Below, piece by piece: positions 18,990 through 27,377 of a DNA stretch of 64,000 bases. The notes beneath the pieces were generated by a model that did no database searches, was not told the origin of the DNA, and saw only the letters and a list, made by a program, of their open reading frames with translations. Made by a program: the position numbers and the translations under genes. This DNA comes from Salaquimonas sp. GTDB lineage: Bacteria > Pseudomonadota > Alphaproteobacteria > Rhizobiales > Rhizobiaceae. The stretch spans positions 45,049 to 109,048 of the forward strand of contig JAJDOK010000073.1 of NCBI GenBank assembly GCA_022340185.1, read 5' to 3'. The number at the start of each line of letters is the position of its first letter. Position 1 is the stretch's first letter.

Positions 18990-19775
18990 CTATTCCGCCT
19001 TGCCGTCTGCGCCTTCCGCGGCCATCAGCGCCTGCAGCGTGCATCCGTGCTTGGCCAGCCTGGCGACCCTGTCGAAATTGCTGCCTTCGAGCACGCCGGC
19101 AGGCAGGCGTTGAACAGCGATTTCGTGGACATCGCGTTTGGTGGCAAGTGTAAGCTTCACTTTCTCGTTCTCGCCGATGCCCAGACCGGTAAACCGCAAC
19201 GCGATCGCGCCCGGCTTCAAATCCTCCTCCAGCGTCCTTCCGCCCACTTCCACCCTGATTCGGTCGAGGAAGCGTGAATCGATGCGGCGCACGAACAGCG
19301 AATCGGAAAACAGGCAGAAGGTTCCACCCTCCGCCAGCTTCGGCAGGAATTCGATAAAGAGTGGCAGGCGCGCGCCCGGTTCGGCCTCATCGACCTGACC
19401 TCTCTTGTCATTGGGGATGGCCCGGCCCGCCGCCGTCGTCTCCGAAAGCCCGGCAACGCCGAACATGCGCGCCAGCAATCCCTCGTCATTTTCCTGGTCA
19501 GCCGGAACACGGAAGCCCGCCAGCCCGTCATGGCTGGCCTCCACGGCTGCCCGGCCCTCGACAATATAACTCGTACCGTCCTCGCCGAGCAGCGCCACCT
19601 TCACACCGGAAGGAACGAAGACGAATTCCGGAGACCCACCCTCGGAACCATAGACAGCACCCGCCACAAGGTCCGGCACGGCGGGTTCGACATGGATGAC
19701 GACGAACTCCTCGGCGTGTGCGGCCGTTAACGTCCAAAACAACGCAATTGTTGCAAGAAAACTTCGCCAAAGCAT
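18990..19775 (-). CDS. hypothetical secreted protein
   Basis: Signal peptide MLWRSFLATIALFWTLTAAHA. Codon usage looks coding-like. It lies downstream of the patatin gene on the same strand. Confidence 0.6.
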   Translation of the reverse strand: MLWRSFLATIALFWTLTAAHAEEFVVIHVEPAVPDLVAGAVYGSEGGSPEFVFVPSGVKVALLGEDGTSYIVEGRAAVEASHDGLAGFRVPADQENDEGLLARMFGVAGLSETTAAGRAIPNDKRGQVDEAEPGARLPLFIEFLPKLAEGGTFCLFSDSLFVRRIDSRFLDRIRVEVGGRTLEEDLKPGAIALRFTGLGIGENEKVKLTLATKRDVHEIAVQRLPAGVLEGSNFDRVARLAKHGCTLQALMAAEGADGKAE

Positions 19776-19836
19776 CGATATCGTCTCCTGCCGCCCCCGG
19801 AGAAAATGAAACCTGGGATCGGGCGTCGCCGCGATC

Positions 19837-20979
19837 CTATCGTGCCGCCACCTTTTCGTAGCGGTTGACGTGCGGCGGCTCCTTCAGCCAATGCTTCACG
19901 CCGTTGATCCCCGCCGCATATCCTGCCTCGAAAAGCTTGTTCATCCGCGCCGCGTCGAAATTGAGACTCTCCTGCGCCATCGGAATGGAATCGGGGATCG
20001 CGGTCAGGTGGAAGTGGGCGCCGACATTTCTCGCCAGCACGAAATCACGATAGATCGTATCGGTCTGGATCTCGCGCATCATCTCCGTGATCGACTTCTT
20101 GGCGATATCGGACAGCGTGGCCTTGACCGGCACGGCGGCATTCTCGCGCACCGTATTGCCGTTGATGATCATGTAGAGTTCTTTTTTGACCTTTTTTCCC
20201 GGCGGAAACATGAACCCTGAAACCAGCACCGGTTCCTTCACGCCGCCGTCGACATGGGCCTGGCGCAACTGGATACCGCGCTGCGGCTTGATGTAGACCG
20301 GCTCGAAATAGGCCGGCACCGCCGCCGAGGCGCGCAGCACCTTCTGGAAATGCAGGCGATCGTTGGTACGTCCGCCATTGGCGATCTCGCCCATGTCCCA
20401 GATCACCAGTTCGCCGGCGTCGAGATTGGTCGTCGCTATGTAGAGCCGGCGCCCCTTGGCGTATTCGGCCGCGATCTTCTTCAGGATGTCGTCGGTGATG
20501 AATTCCTCGATCTGGTTCTTCAGTGGGCCGTTGTCGTAGAGCGAATCGCCGAACAGTCCGTCCAGACCGCGCTTGCGGAAAATCTTGTCATTGCTTTGCG
20601 TGGTGTAGAAGCGCTGCAGTTCATCGTCGTATTCGGGACCGAGAAAGGCCAGCACCGCCATCAGCGCGCCGGTGGAAACACCCGTCACGACATCGAATTT
20701 CGGCCGCGTACCACTCTTGGTCCAGCCAACCAGCACGCCAGCGCCATAGGCGCCGTCCGCCCCGCCCGCCGACAGGGCCAGAACGGAGAAGACCCCGTCA
20801 TCGTCGCGCTTGGCGTCTGCCGTCAGAATCGGGTCGGGACGGGCATTCGGATCGACGGCCTCCATTGGCAGCAGCGTGCGCGTAGCAACCGCTTCCTGCG
20901 GACGCTCAGCGCAAGCGCTCACGATTGCCAATAGAACCATGGCCGTCAAAAGGCGGACGACCATTGCCGAGCTACCCAT
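19837..20979 (-). CDS. patatin-like phospholipase, probable lipoprotein
   Basis: GGADGAYGAG oxyanion loop, GVSTGAL (GxSxG) and HVDGGV (catalytic Asp). A lipobox-like LAIVSAC sits near the N-terminus. Confidence 0.85.
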   Translation of the reverse strand: MGSSAMVVRLLTAMVLLAIVSACAERPQEAVATRTLLPMEAVDPNARPDPILTADAKRDDDGVFSVLALSAGGADGAYGAGVLVGWTKSGTRPKFDVVTGVSTGALMAVLAFLGPEYDDELQRFYTTQSNDKIFRKRGLDGLFGDSLYDNGPLKNQIEEFITDDILKKIAAEYAKGRRLYIATTNLDAGELVIWDMGEIANGGRTNDRLHFQKVLRASAAVPAYFEPVYIKPQRGIQLRQAHVDGGVKEPVLVSGFMFPPGKKVKKELYMIINGNTVRENAAVPVKATLSDIAKKSITEMMREIQTDTIYRDFVLARNVGAHFHLTAIPDSIPMAQESLNFDAARMNKLFEAGYAAGINGVKHWLKEPPHVNRYEKVAAR

Positions 20980-21240
20980 AACCTCTCCTGCCTCGGTCTA
21001 TTCTTGTTCAGGAGACATTATCGCCGCTCCCGTTTGACAGTCACCCTACACGAAAATCATTAATAACCGAAGACTGGCGTTTGACGACTTTAACCTTTGG
21101 TTAACCATGATCGTCCGCGCGATTGCCGCAGCTTGTTTGCTCGCGACAACAGCGCGATCGTCAACGTAACGGCCAACGTAATGGATTGACTCGGGCGGCC
21201 CGATCGGCTTGCTTGCCGCCGTCCTTCCCAAGAGGTTCGC

Positions 21241-21732
21241 ATGGACCAGACAGCATCCGGTTTTCGCTATTACGAGGATTTCACCGAAGGCGAAGTCATC
21301 GACCTTGGCTCCCACCATGTTACGGCCGAGGAGATCATTGAATTCGCTGAAGAATTCGACCCTGCTCCCTTTCACTTGAGCGAGGAGGGCGGGCGCAGTT
21401 CCATGTTGGGCCGATTGTCGGCTTCCGGCTGGCACAACTGCGCCATGCTGATGCGCATGATGTGCGATTCCTTTCTGTTGAACTCCGCCGGCCAGGGCGC
21501 ACCCGGCATCGAAGAGGTGAACTGGCTGCTGCCCGTCGGCGCCGGCGAGACGCTTACCGGAAAGGGTCACGTGCTTGCCAGGCGCGAATCCGGTTCGCGC
21601 CCGCATATCGGGCTGGTGCAGTTCCGATTCGAACTCCTGCACGCTTCGGGCAAGCCGGCGATGACCATCCGCAACTGGATCATGTTCGCCAAGCGCGGCA
21701 ACGCCAGTGAACCGGCCGGAGATGCGGCATGA
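21241..21732 (+). CDS. MaoC family (hot-dog fold) dehydratase
   Basis: 163 aa with MaoC-like features (FAEEFDPAPFHL). Confidence 0.85.
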   Translation: MDQTASGFRYYEDFTEGEVIDLGSHHVTAEEIIEFAEEFDPAPFHLSEEGGRSSMLGRLSASGWHNCAMLMRMMCDSFLLNSAGQGAPGIEEVNWLLPVGAGETLTGKGHVLARRESGSRPHIGLVQFRFELLHASGKPAMTIRNWIMFAKRGNASEPAGDAA

Positions 21733-22205
21733 AGCAACCGCCCTTCTGCACCCCGGGTGAACGCAATGACCTCGGCGGCCACACCTTCACGGCCGAAGAG
21801 ATCATCCGCTTTGCGAAAAAATACGACCCGCAGCCCTTCCATATCGATGAGGCGGCGGCGCGCGCCAGCGTATTGGGCGGCTTGTGCGCGTCGGGCTGGC
21901 ACACGGCGGCGGTCTGGATGCGCAAGTTCCGCGATTTCAGCGAAGCCGCCTACGCCGAATGGCTGGCCGAGGGCAATCCGCCATACGAGATGGGCCCCTC
22001 GCCCGGCTTCAAGAACATGCGCTGGATCAGGCCGGTCTATGCCGGCGACACGATTTCCTTCGCCAACATCACGCATTCCTGGCGCGCGAGCGCTTCCAGA
22101 CCGGGCTGGTTCGTCTATACTGGCATTCAGGAAGGCGTGAACCAGAAGGGTGAGCCGGTCTTCTCCTTTGAAAGTGCCGGCTTCATGCGCTATCCCGCAG
22201 AATAG
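21729..22205 (+). CDS. MaoC family (hot-dog fold) dehydratase, second subunit
   Basis: 158 aa with FAKKYDPQPFHI. An ATGA overlap joins it to the upstream paralogue. Confidence 0.85.
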   Translation: MKQPPFCTPGERNDLGGHTFTAEEIIRFAKKYDPQPFHIDEAAARASVLGGLCASGWHTAAVWMRKFRDFSEAAYAEWLAEGNPPYEMGPSPGFKNMRWIRPVYAGDTISFANITHSWRASASRPGWFVYTGIQEGVNQKGEPVFSFESAGFMRYPAE

Positions 22206-22254
22206 CATTGAATTTGCCGCTCCCAGGCAAGCGAGGTTGATAACGAGTTCCACC

Positions 22255-23025
22255 ATGACAAGACCCGTGATCGGCGTGATCGGGAACGCCTATGTAGTGG
22301 AGAACCGCTTCACCACCCAGATGGCTGGCCAGAACAATCTGCGCGCCGTCACCGAGGTTGCCGATGCGCTGCCGCTGATCTTCGCCGGCGATCCTGAATT
22401 CACGAACATCCCGGACCTGCTTTCCGTCGTTGACGGCGTACTGCTCACCGGCGCGCGGGCCAATGTCCATCCGAGCCGCTTCGCCACCGAGCCCAACCCC
22501 AAGCACGAACCCTATGACGAGGCGCGCGACGCGCTCGCCCTGCCGCTGATCGAGGCGTGCGTGGCGCAGGGCGTACCCGTTTTCGGTGTCTGCCGCGGTT
22601 TTCAGGAGATGAATGTCGCCTTCGGCGGCTCGCTGCATCCCGAAATCCGCGAACTGCCTGGGCGTATGAACCACCGCATGCCGCGCCTGGAGAATGGCGA
22701 AATCCACCCTGACCCGCAGGTCGTCTTCGCCGACCGCCACGAGGTTCGTCTGACGCCCGGCGGCACCTTCGCCGGCATTTTCGGCCGCGACTCGATCCGG
22801 GTGAACTCGCTGCATGGCCAGGGCATTCTCGAACCGGGCCCACGGGTAGTCACCGAAGGCATCGCCGAGGACGGCACCGTCGAGGCGATCCGTATCGAGG
22901 ACGCGCCGAGCTTTGCGCTCGGTGTGCAATGGCACGCCGAATACGACCCGCAGACCAATCCGGTCAATCGCGCATTGTTCGAGGTGTTTGGCGAAGCTGT
23001 CAGGGCGCACCACGCGGCGGCATAA
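22255..23025 (+). CDS. gamma-glutamyl-gamma-aminobutyrate hydrolase family (class I GATase, peptidase C26)
   Basis: GVCRGFQEMNV Cys nucleophile and VQWHAE His. ATG 22255 is in frame within track ORF 22150. Confidence 0.85.
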   Translation: MTRPVIGVIGNAYVVENRFTTQMAGQNNLRAVTEVADALPLIFAGDPEFTNIPDLLSVVDGVLLTGARANVHPSRFATEPNPKHEPYDEARDALALPLIEACVAQGVPVFGVCRGFQEMNVAFGGSLHPEIRELPGRMNHRMPRLENGEIHPDPQVVFADRHEVRLTPGGTFAGIFGRDSIRVNSLHGQGILEPGPRVVTEGIAEDGTVEAIRIEDAPSFALGVQWHAEYDPQTNPVNRALFEVFGEAVRAHHAAA

Positions 23026-23031
23026 GGCAGG

Positions 23032-23415
23032 TCAGGCGTAACCCTTGTAGGTGAGGAAGGCGCCGATCAACGCCCAGACCACCCCGCCGACGCGGATGAC
23101 ACCGGGCTTGTCCAGCATCGCATTGCCGATGGTGACGACCGCTGTGGGCGATACCATGCGGACAACGCCGCCAATAACCATCGCCCAGCCGACAAGGGTG
23201 ATGATGACAGGCCAGTCCGCAATCCAGCGGTTATGCGTGTTGACGATGGCGAGGCCGGTGACCAATGCAATCACGCCTGTAACAAAGATCAGCGCCCTGC
23301 TCTTCAGGAATTCCTCTGCAAGGGCGTGAATCGCCTTTGGCGAAGCCAGCATCGCAACGGCAGCCACCAGCATCACCGGCCCGAGCAGCTTGGCAATCCA
23401 GATCGACATCGCCAT
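23032..23415 (-). CDS. small hypothetical membrane protein
   Basis: 127 aa, about 4 TM helices. AGGAGG lies upstream of ATG 23415. The longer track ORF (to 23637) has an implausible N-terminus. Confidence 0.55.
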   Translation of the reverse strand: MAMSIWIAKLLGPVMLVAAVAMLASPKAIHALAEEFLKSRALIFVTGVIALVTGLAIVNTHNRWIADWPVIITLVGWAMVIGGVVRMVSPTAVVTIGNAMLDKPGVIRVGGVVWALIGAFLTYKGYA

Positions 23416-23564
23416 GGTCTGATCCTCCTGGCCTCGGACAATAGCACGGATTCGCCGCCAGCGCCCTTCCCGTCGTTTTTGTTTGATGGGAAGTCGCGCG
23501 CGGTGCAGCGCTTCAGTCGCCTTTGCAACATGGTCGCTGCCGGAACAGACAGTATTCACCTGCA

Positions 23565-23608
23565 GCAATTCCAGGAAAAGTGGAGCCCGGTTTTCCGTCC
23601 GGAATTGC
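23565..23608 (+). repeat. 44-nt hairpin repeat, copy B (GCAATTCCAGGAAAAGTGGAGCCCGGTTTTCCGTCCGGAATTGC)
   Basis: Same family as the copies at 11820 and 25741. It ends 28 nt upstream of ATG 23637. Confidence 0.7.
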
Positions 23609-23636
23609 GTCAGTACAAACAGGCTTGGTGTGCGCA

Positions 23637-23954
23637 ATGGCCCAGCTAACCATCGTCTACTGGCGTGACATTCCCGCCCAGGTGATCGTCAAGTCCGGTC
23701 GCAAATCGGCCAAGCGCGAACTGCCGCAACGCTTCGCCGAAGCAATCGACATGTGCGCCATGCGCGTCGGCGCGTCCGACACCGACGCCTATCTGGCCGA
23801 ATGGCGGCGCGGCGAACCCCTCGAAGTCTCCGACGACCTGGAAGCAGAGGCCGACAAGGCCATGGCCGAACTCGACGCCCGGTTCCCCAGGGACGAACTC
23901 GTCGCGCTGGTCGAGACGCAAGGCCGCCTGAAGCCACCAAAGACCGGGGAGTGA
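23637..23954 (+). CDS. small conserved protein of unknown function (resembles the so-called virulence-factor domain family found next to MetF-like genes)
   Basis: 105 aa starting MAQLTIVYWRDIPAQVIVK. It is the first gene of a tightly packed operon. The family call is from memory, not a search. Confidence 0.55.
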   Translation: MAQLTIVYWRDIPAQVIVKSGRKSAKRELPQRFAEAIDMCAMRVGASDTDAYLAEWRRGEPLEVSDDLEAEADKAMAELDARFPRDELVALVETQGRLKPPKTGE

Positions 23955-23959
23955 CGGCG

Positions 23960-24550
23960 ATGAGCCAGGACAAGCCGGTCGTCACACAGGCCACCAGGGT
24001 TGCGCAGGCCAAGCCGAAGACGGCTTACAAGCCCTCGCATGTCTCGCCCGCGCGCCGCCAGCAGAAGAGCTACACGATCCGCCTGTGGTCGGTGCGCCAT
24101 TCGCGCTTTCTCGAATGGCTGTACGACCGCTTCGCCAATCTCTTTTTGGTTTTGCATCCATTCTGGAAGGCGGTCGGCTATCAGCGCGCCGAAGCGCCGG
24201 TCAAGTTTGTCGAGCGCCGCGTCAAGGGTCTGCTCTTCGACTGCCGCATGTGCGGCCAGTGCATCCTGTCGTCGACCGGCATGAGCTGCCCGATGAACTG
24301 CCCCAAGCAATTGCGCAACGGCCCGTGCGGCGGCGTACGTGCCAACGGCCATTGCGAGGTCGAGCCGGACATGCCCTGCGTCTGGGTGCAGGCCTGGGGC
24401 GGCGCAAACAACATGCGCCATGGCGCCAACAGCATCATGACCGTGCAGAAGCCGGTCGACCAGTCACTGCGCGAGACCTCGGCCTGGCTGCGCGTCACCG
24501 CCTTGAAAGCCGCGGAGACGGAAAAGCCGGTGCAAGGAGCGGTGTCATGA
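23960..24550 (+). CDS. methylenetetrahydrofolate reductase C-terminal (MetV-like, Cys-rich) domain protein
   Basis: Cys-rich CRMCGQCILSSTGMSCPMNCPKQLRNGPCGG. ATG 23960 lies 5 nt after the upstream stop. Confidence 0.8.
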   Translation: MSQDKPVVTQATRVAQAKPKTAYKPSHVSPARRQQKSYTIRLWSVRHSRFLEWLYDRFANLFLVLHPFWKAVGYQRAEAPVKFVERRVKGLLFDCRMCGQCILSSTGMSCPMNCPKQLRNGPCGGVRANGHCEVEPDMPCVWVQAWGGANNMRHGANSIMTVQKPVDQSLRETSAWLRVTALKAAETEKPVQGAVS

Positions 24551-25662
24551 GCCCGCCTTCCGCAGACCGTGATGACCCGCATCCGCAAGGCGTCGACCGC
24601 CCGCTTGATCCCCAACCCGGCCATTCCTCGCGCGGCCGGCTGGAGCGCGTGCTGCGGCGCGGCGAGTTCGCGGTGACCGCAGAACTCAATCCGCCCGACA
24701 GCGCCAATCCGCAGGACGTCTACGAACGCGCCGCTTTCTTCGAAGGCTGGGTCGACGGCATCAACGCGGTCGATGCTTCCGGCGCCAATTGCCACATGTC
24801 GTCCGTCGGCATCTGCGCGTTGCTGACCCGCATGGGCTATGCACCGATCATGCAGATCGCATGCCGCGACAAGAACCGCATCGCCATCCAGGGCGACGTG
24901 CTGGGTGCCGCCGCCATGGGTGTTTCCAACATCATGTGCCTGACCGGCGACGGTGTGCAGTGCGGCGACCAGCCGGGCGCCAGGCCCGTATTCGATTTCG
25001 ACTGCATGAGCTTGCTCGAAACGGTGCGCACCATGCGTGACGAATCGAAATTCCTGTCGGGCCGCAAGCTGACCAGCCCGCCGGAAGTCTTTCTCGGCGC
25101 GGCGATCAATCCCTTCGTCCCCCCGCACGATTTCCGGCCGCTCAGGCTGAAGAAGAAGATTCAAGCCGGCGCGCAATTCGTCCAGAGCCAGTATTGCTAC
25201 GACGTGCCGCTGTTCCGGAGTTACATGGAGCGCGTGCGCGACATGGGCCTCGACAAGCAGGTCTTCATCCTGTGCGGTGTCGGCCCGCTTGCCTCTGCCC
25301 GCACCGCGCGTTGGATGCGCTCCAACGTGCCGGGCGTCCACATTCCCGACGCGGTGATCGATCGCCTCGAAGGTGCCGAGAACCAGAAGGAGGAAGGCCG
25401 CAAGCTCTGCGTCGACATCATCAACGAGGTGAAAGAGATCGAAGGCGTCTCCGGCATCCACATGATGGCCTACCGCCAGGAAGAACTGGTCGCCGAGATC
25501 GTCGCCGAATCGGGCATCCTCAAGGGCCGCAAGCCCTGGCGCCGCGAACCCGCCCGCGACGAGGCGGTGGTCGCCGAGCGCATGGATGAAATGGCCCAGG
25601 CCGAATCGGCAGCATCCACACCGGAAACGCCGCACGAGATCGTTTCGGAGGCGACGGATTGA
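24547..25662 (+). CDS. methylenetetrahydrofolate reductase (MetF-like)
   Basis: A roughly 371-aa TIM-barrel MTHFR-like sequence (VTAELNPPDS...CRDKNRIAIQGD...LTGD). An ATGA overlap joins it to the MetV-like gene. The track start at 24085 is rejected. Confidence 0.85.
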   Translation: MSPPSADRDDPHPQGVDRPLDPQPGHSSRGRLERVLRRGEFAVTAELNPPDSANPQDVYERAAFFEGWVDGINAVDASGANCHMSSVGICALLTRMGYAPIMQIACRDKNRIAIQGDVLGAAAMGVSNIMCLTGDGVQCGDQPGARPVFDFDCMSLLETVRTMRDESKFLSGRKLTSPPEVFLGAAINPFVPPHDFRPLRLKKKIQAGAQFVQSQYCYDVPLFRSYMERVRDMGLDKQVFILCGVGPLASARTARWMRSNVPGVHIPDAVIDRLEGAENQKEEGRKLCVDIINEVKEIEGVSGIHMMAYRQEELVAEIVAESGILKGRKPWRREPARDEAVVAERMDEMAQAESAASTPETPHEIVSEATD

Positions 25663-25740
25663 GCCGACAGATTACCCGAAATACAGGATCGAACTTGAAG
25701 CTGCAGACATAACGATATAAAGAACTCTTTATGTCACAGA

Positions 25741-25784
25741 GCAAATCCAGGAAAAGTGGAAATCGGTTTTCCGTCCGGATTTGC
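25741..25784 (+). repeat. 44-nt hairpin repeat, copy C (GCAAATCCAGGAAAAGTGGAAATCGGTTTTCCGTCCGGATTTGC)
   Basis: The outer stem carries a compensatory double change (GCAAATCC/GGATTTGC) relative to copies A and B. Confidence 0.7.
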
Positions 25785-25876
25785 GAAAAACACGGAACGG
25801 GCGCGTTTCATTGCAACATCAAACGATGAAACGCACCTTCGAAACCAGCCTCTAACCCTTTGGAGCAACGCCCAAA

Positions 25877-26863
25877 ATGACCCACACCATCGTCGCCTCC
25901 GAAAAACGCGAAGTCGTCATCGGCTTTGACAAGCCGTTCTGCGTGATCGGCGAACGCATCAACCCGACCGGCCGCAAGAAGCTCGCCGCCGAAATGATCG
26001 GGGGCAATTTCGAGACGGTGGAGAAGGATGCGCTGGAACAGGTCGCAGCCGGCGCGGCCGTACTCGACGTCAATGCCGGCGTCACCGCCGTCAACCCGAA
26101 CGAGACCGAGCCGCCGCTGCTGGTCAAGACCATCGAGATCGTGCAGGGCCTTGTCGACGTGCCGATCTCCATCGATTCTTCCGTCACCGCCGCGATCGAG
26201 GCGGGCCTGAAGGTCGCCAAGGGCCGCCCGCTGGTCAATTCCGTCACCGGCGAACTTGAAAAGCTCGAGACGATCCTGCCGCTGATCAAGAAATACGACG
26301 TGCCCGTCGTCGCCATCTCCAACGACGAGACCGGCATCTCGATGGACCCAGACGTGCGCTTCGCCGTCGCAAAGAAGATCGTCGAACACGCCGCCGATTA
26401 CGGCATCAAGCCGCACGACATCATCGTCGACCCGCTGGTCATGCCGATCGGAGCGCTGGGTGACGCCGGCCGGCAGGTCTTCGCGCTGGTGCGCCGCCTG
26501 CGCGAGGAATTGAAGGTCAACACGACCTGCGGCCTGTCCAACATCTCCTTCGGCCTGCCGCACCGCCACGGCATCAACGCCGCCTTCATTCCGATGGTCA
26601 TCGCTTCGGGCATGACGTCGGCGATCATGAACCCCTGCCGCCCGCAGGAGATGGAAGCGGTGCACGGCGCCAATGTGCTGAACGGCACCGACGAGAATTG
26701 CGCCACCTGGATTATGAAATACCGCGACCATGTCGCACCCCAGGGCACCATGCCCTCAACGCTCGGCGGCGCATCGCACCCGAAGATCCAGCCCGGCTCC
26801 AATCCGGCCACGCGTTCCGGCCGCCGCGGCGGCAGGGCCGCCAGAGTGGGTTCGGGGGGTTAA
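25877..26863 (+). CDS. methyltetrahydrofolate:corrinoid methyltransferase (pterin-binding domain, MeTr/AcsE/MtrH-like)
   Basis: 328 aa with a pterin-binding barrel pattern (GERINPTGRKK, LDVNAG, NSV, SNISFGLP). RG-rich C-terminal tail. Confidence 0.85.
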   Translation: MTHTIVASEKREVVIGFDKPFCVIGERINPTGRKKLAAEMIGGNFETVEKDALEQVAAGAAVLDVNAGVTAVNPNETEPPLLVKTIEIVQGLVDVPISIDSSVTAAIEAGLKVAKGRPLVNSVTGELEKLETILPLIKKYDVPVVAISNDETGISMDPDVRFAVAKKIVEHAADYGIKPHDIIVDPLVMPIGALGDAGRQVFALVRRLREELKVNTTCGLSNISFGLPHRHGINAAFIPMVIASGMTSAIMNPCRPQEMEAVHGANVLNGTDENCATWIMKYRDHVAPQGTMPSTLGGASHPKIQPGSNPATRSGRRGGRAARVGSGG

Positions 26864-26873
26864 AGGAGCTAAT

Positions 26874-27377
26874 TTGCCCTTCGATCCAAGTCAGCACCAC
26901 CTGAACTCTTCCTTGAGGGAGAACATCATTGAGCATCTCTTCATTGGAGAGATGCTTAAGTTGTTGTGGCGGAGGGGGGTAACCGATTGCGAGATTCTCA
27001 AGTCAGAATTTGATGGCTACGGCTACGACCTCGTGGTTAGCGTCGGCAAACTGACGCGGCACCTCCAAATGAAGTCGGGCAACAAGAATCCGACTCGAGT
27101 TTCCGTCAATTTGTCACTTGCGGCCAAACAGAGTGGTTGCGTGCTGTTCGTGGTCGTCAACGACGATCTGGAATTCGTTCGCTTCTTTTGGCTTGGCGAT
27201 GAACCCGGAGCACCACTTCCGGACATCAAGAGTAAATCTATCGCCAAGCGTACTACTCGAAACAAGCAGGGAGATAGGCCCGAAAGGGAAAATCATCGCG
27301 AATTGAAAAGAATTGATTTCACTGAACTTTCCTCATTTGAAGAAGTCGTAGACGAACTGGTTGGCCTACATGCCTGA
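26874..27377 (+). CDS. hypothetical PD-(D/E)xK (restriction-endonuclease-like fold) protein, low-GC insertion
   Basis: The TTG at 26874 is in frame with track ORF 26730, 6 nt after AAGGAG (26862-26867). Motif string: E..IEHLF...EFDGYGYDLVV...RHLQMKS. Lower GC than its neighbours. Confidence 0.5.
   Translation: MPFDPSQHHLNSSLRENIIEHLFIGEMLKLLWRRGVTDCEILKSEFDGYGYDLVVSVGKLTRHLQMKSGNKNPTRVSVNLSLAAKQSGCVLFVVVNDDLEFVRFFWLGDEPGAPLPDIKSKSIAKRTTRNKQGDRPERENHRELKRIDFTELSSFEEVVDELVGLHA

Noticed and set aside
19837-20979. The patatin-like phospholipase as a CBASS or other defence-system effector.
   Set aside because: It has an export or lipoprotein signal. There is no adjacent cyclase/nucleotidyltransferase, sensor or other defence gene. 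The context is metabolic.
26730-26873. The N-terminal 48 codons of track ORF 26730..27377.
   Set aside because: This part lies out of frame inside the high-GC 3' end of the methyltransferase gene and translates to a Pro/Arg/Ala string. The SD AAGGAG plus TTG 26874, and the GC drop, mark the real start.
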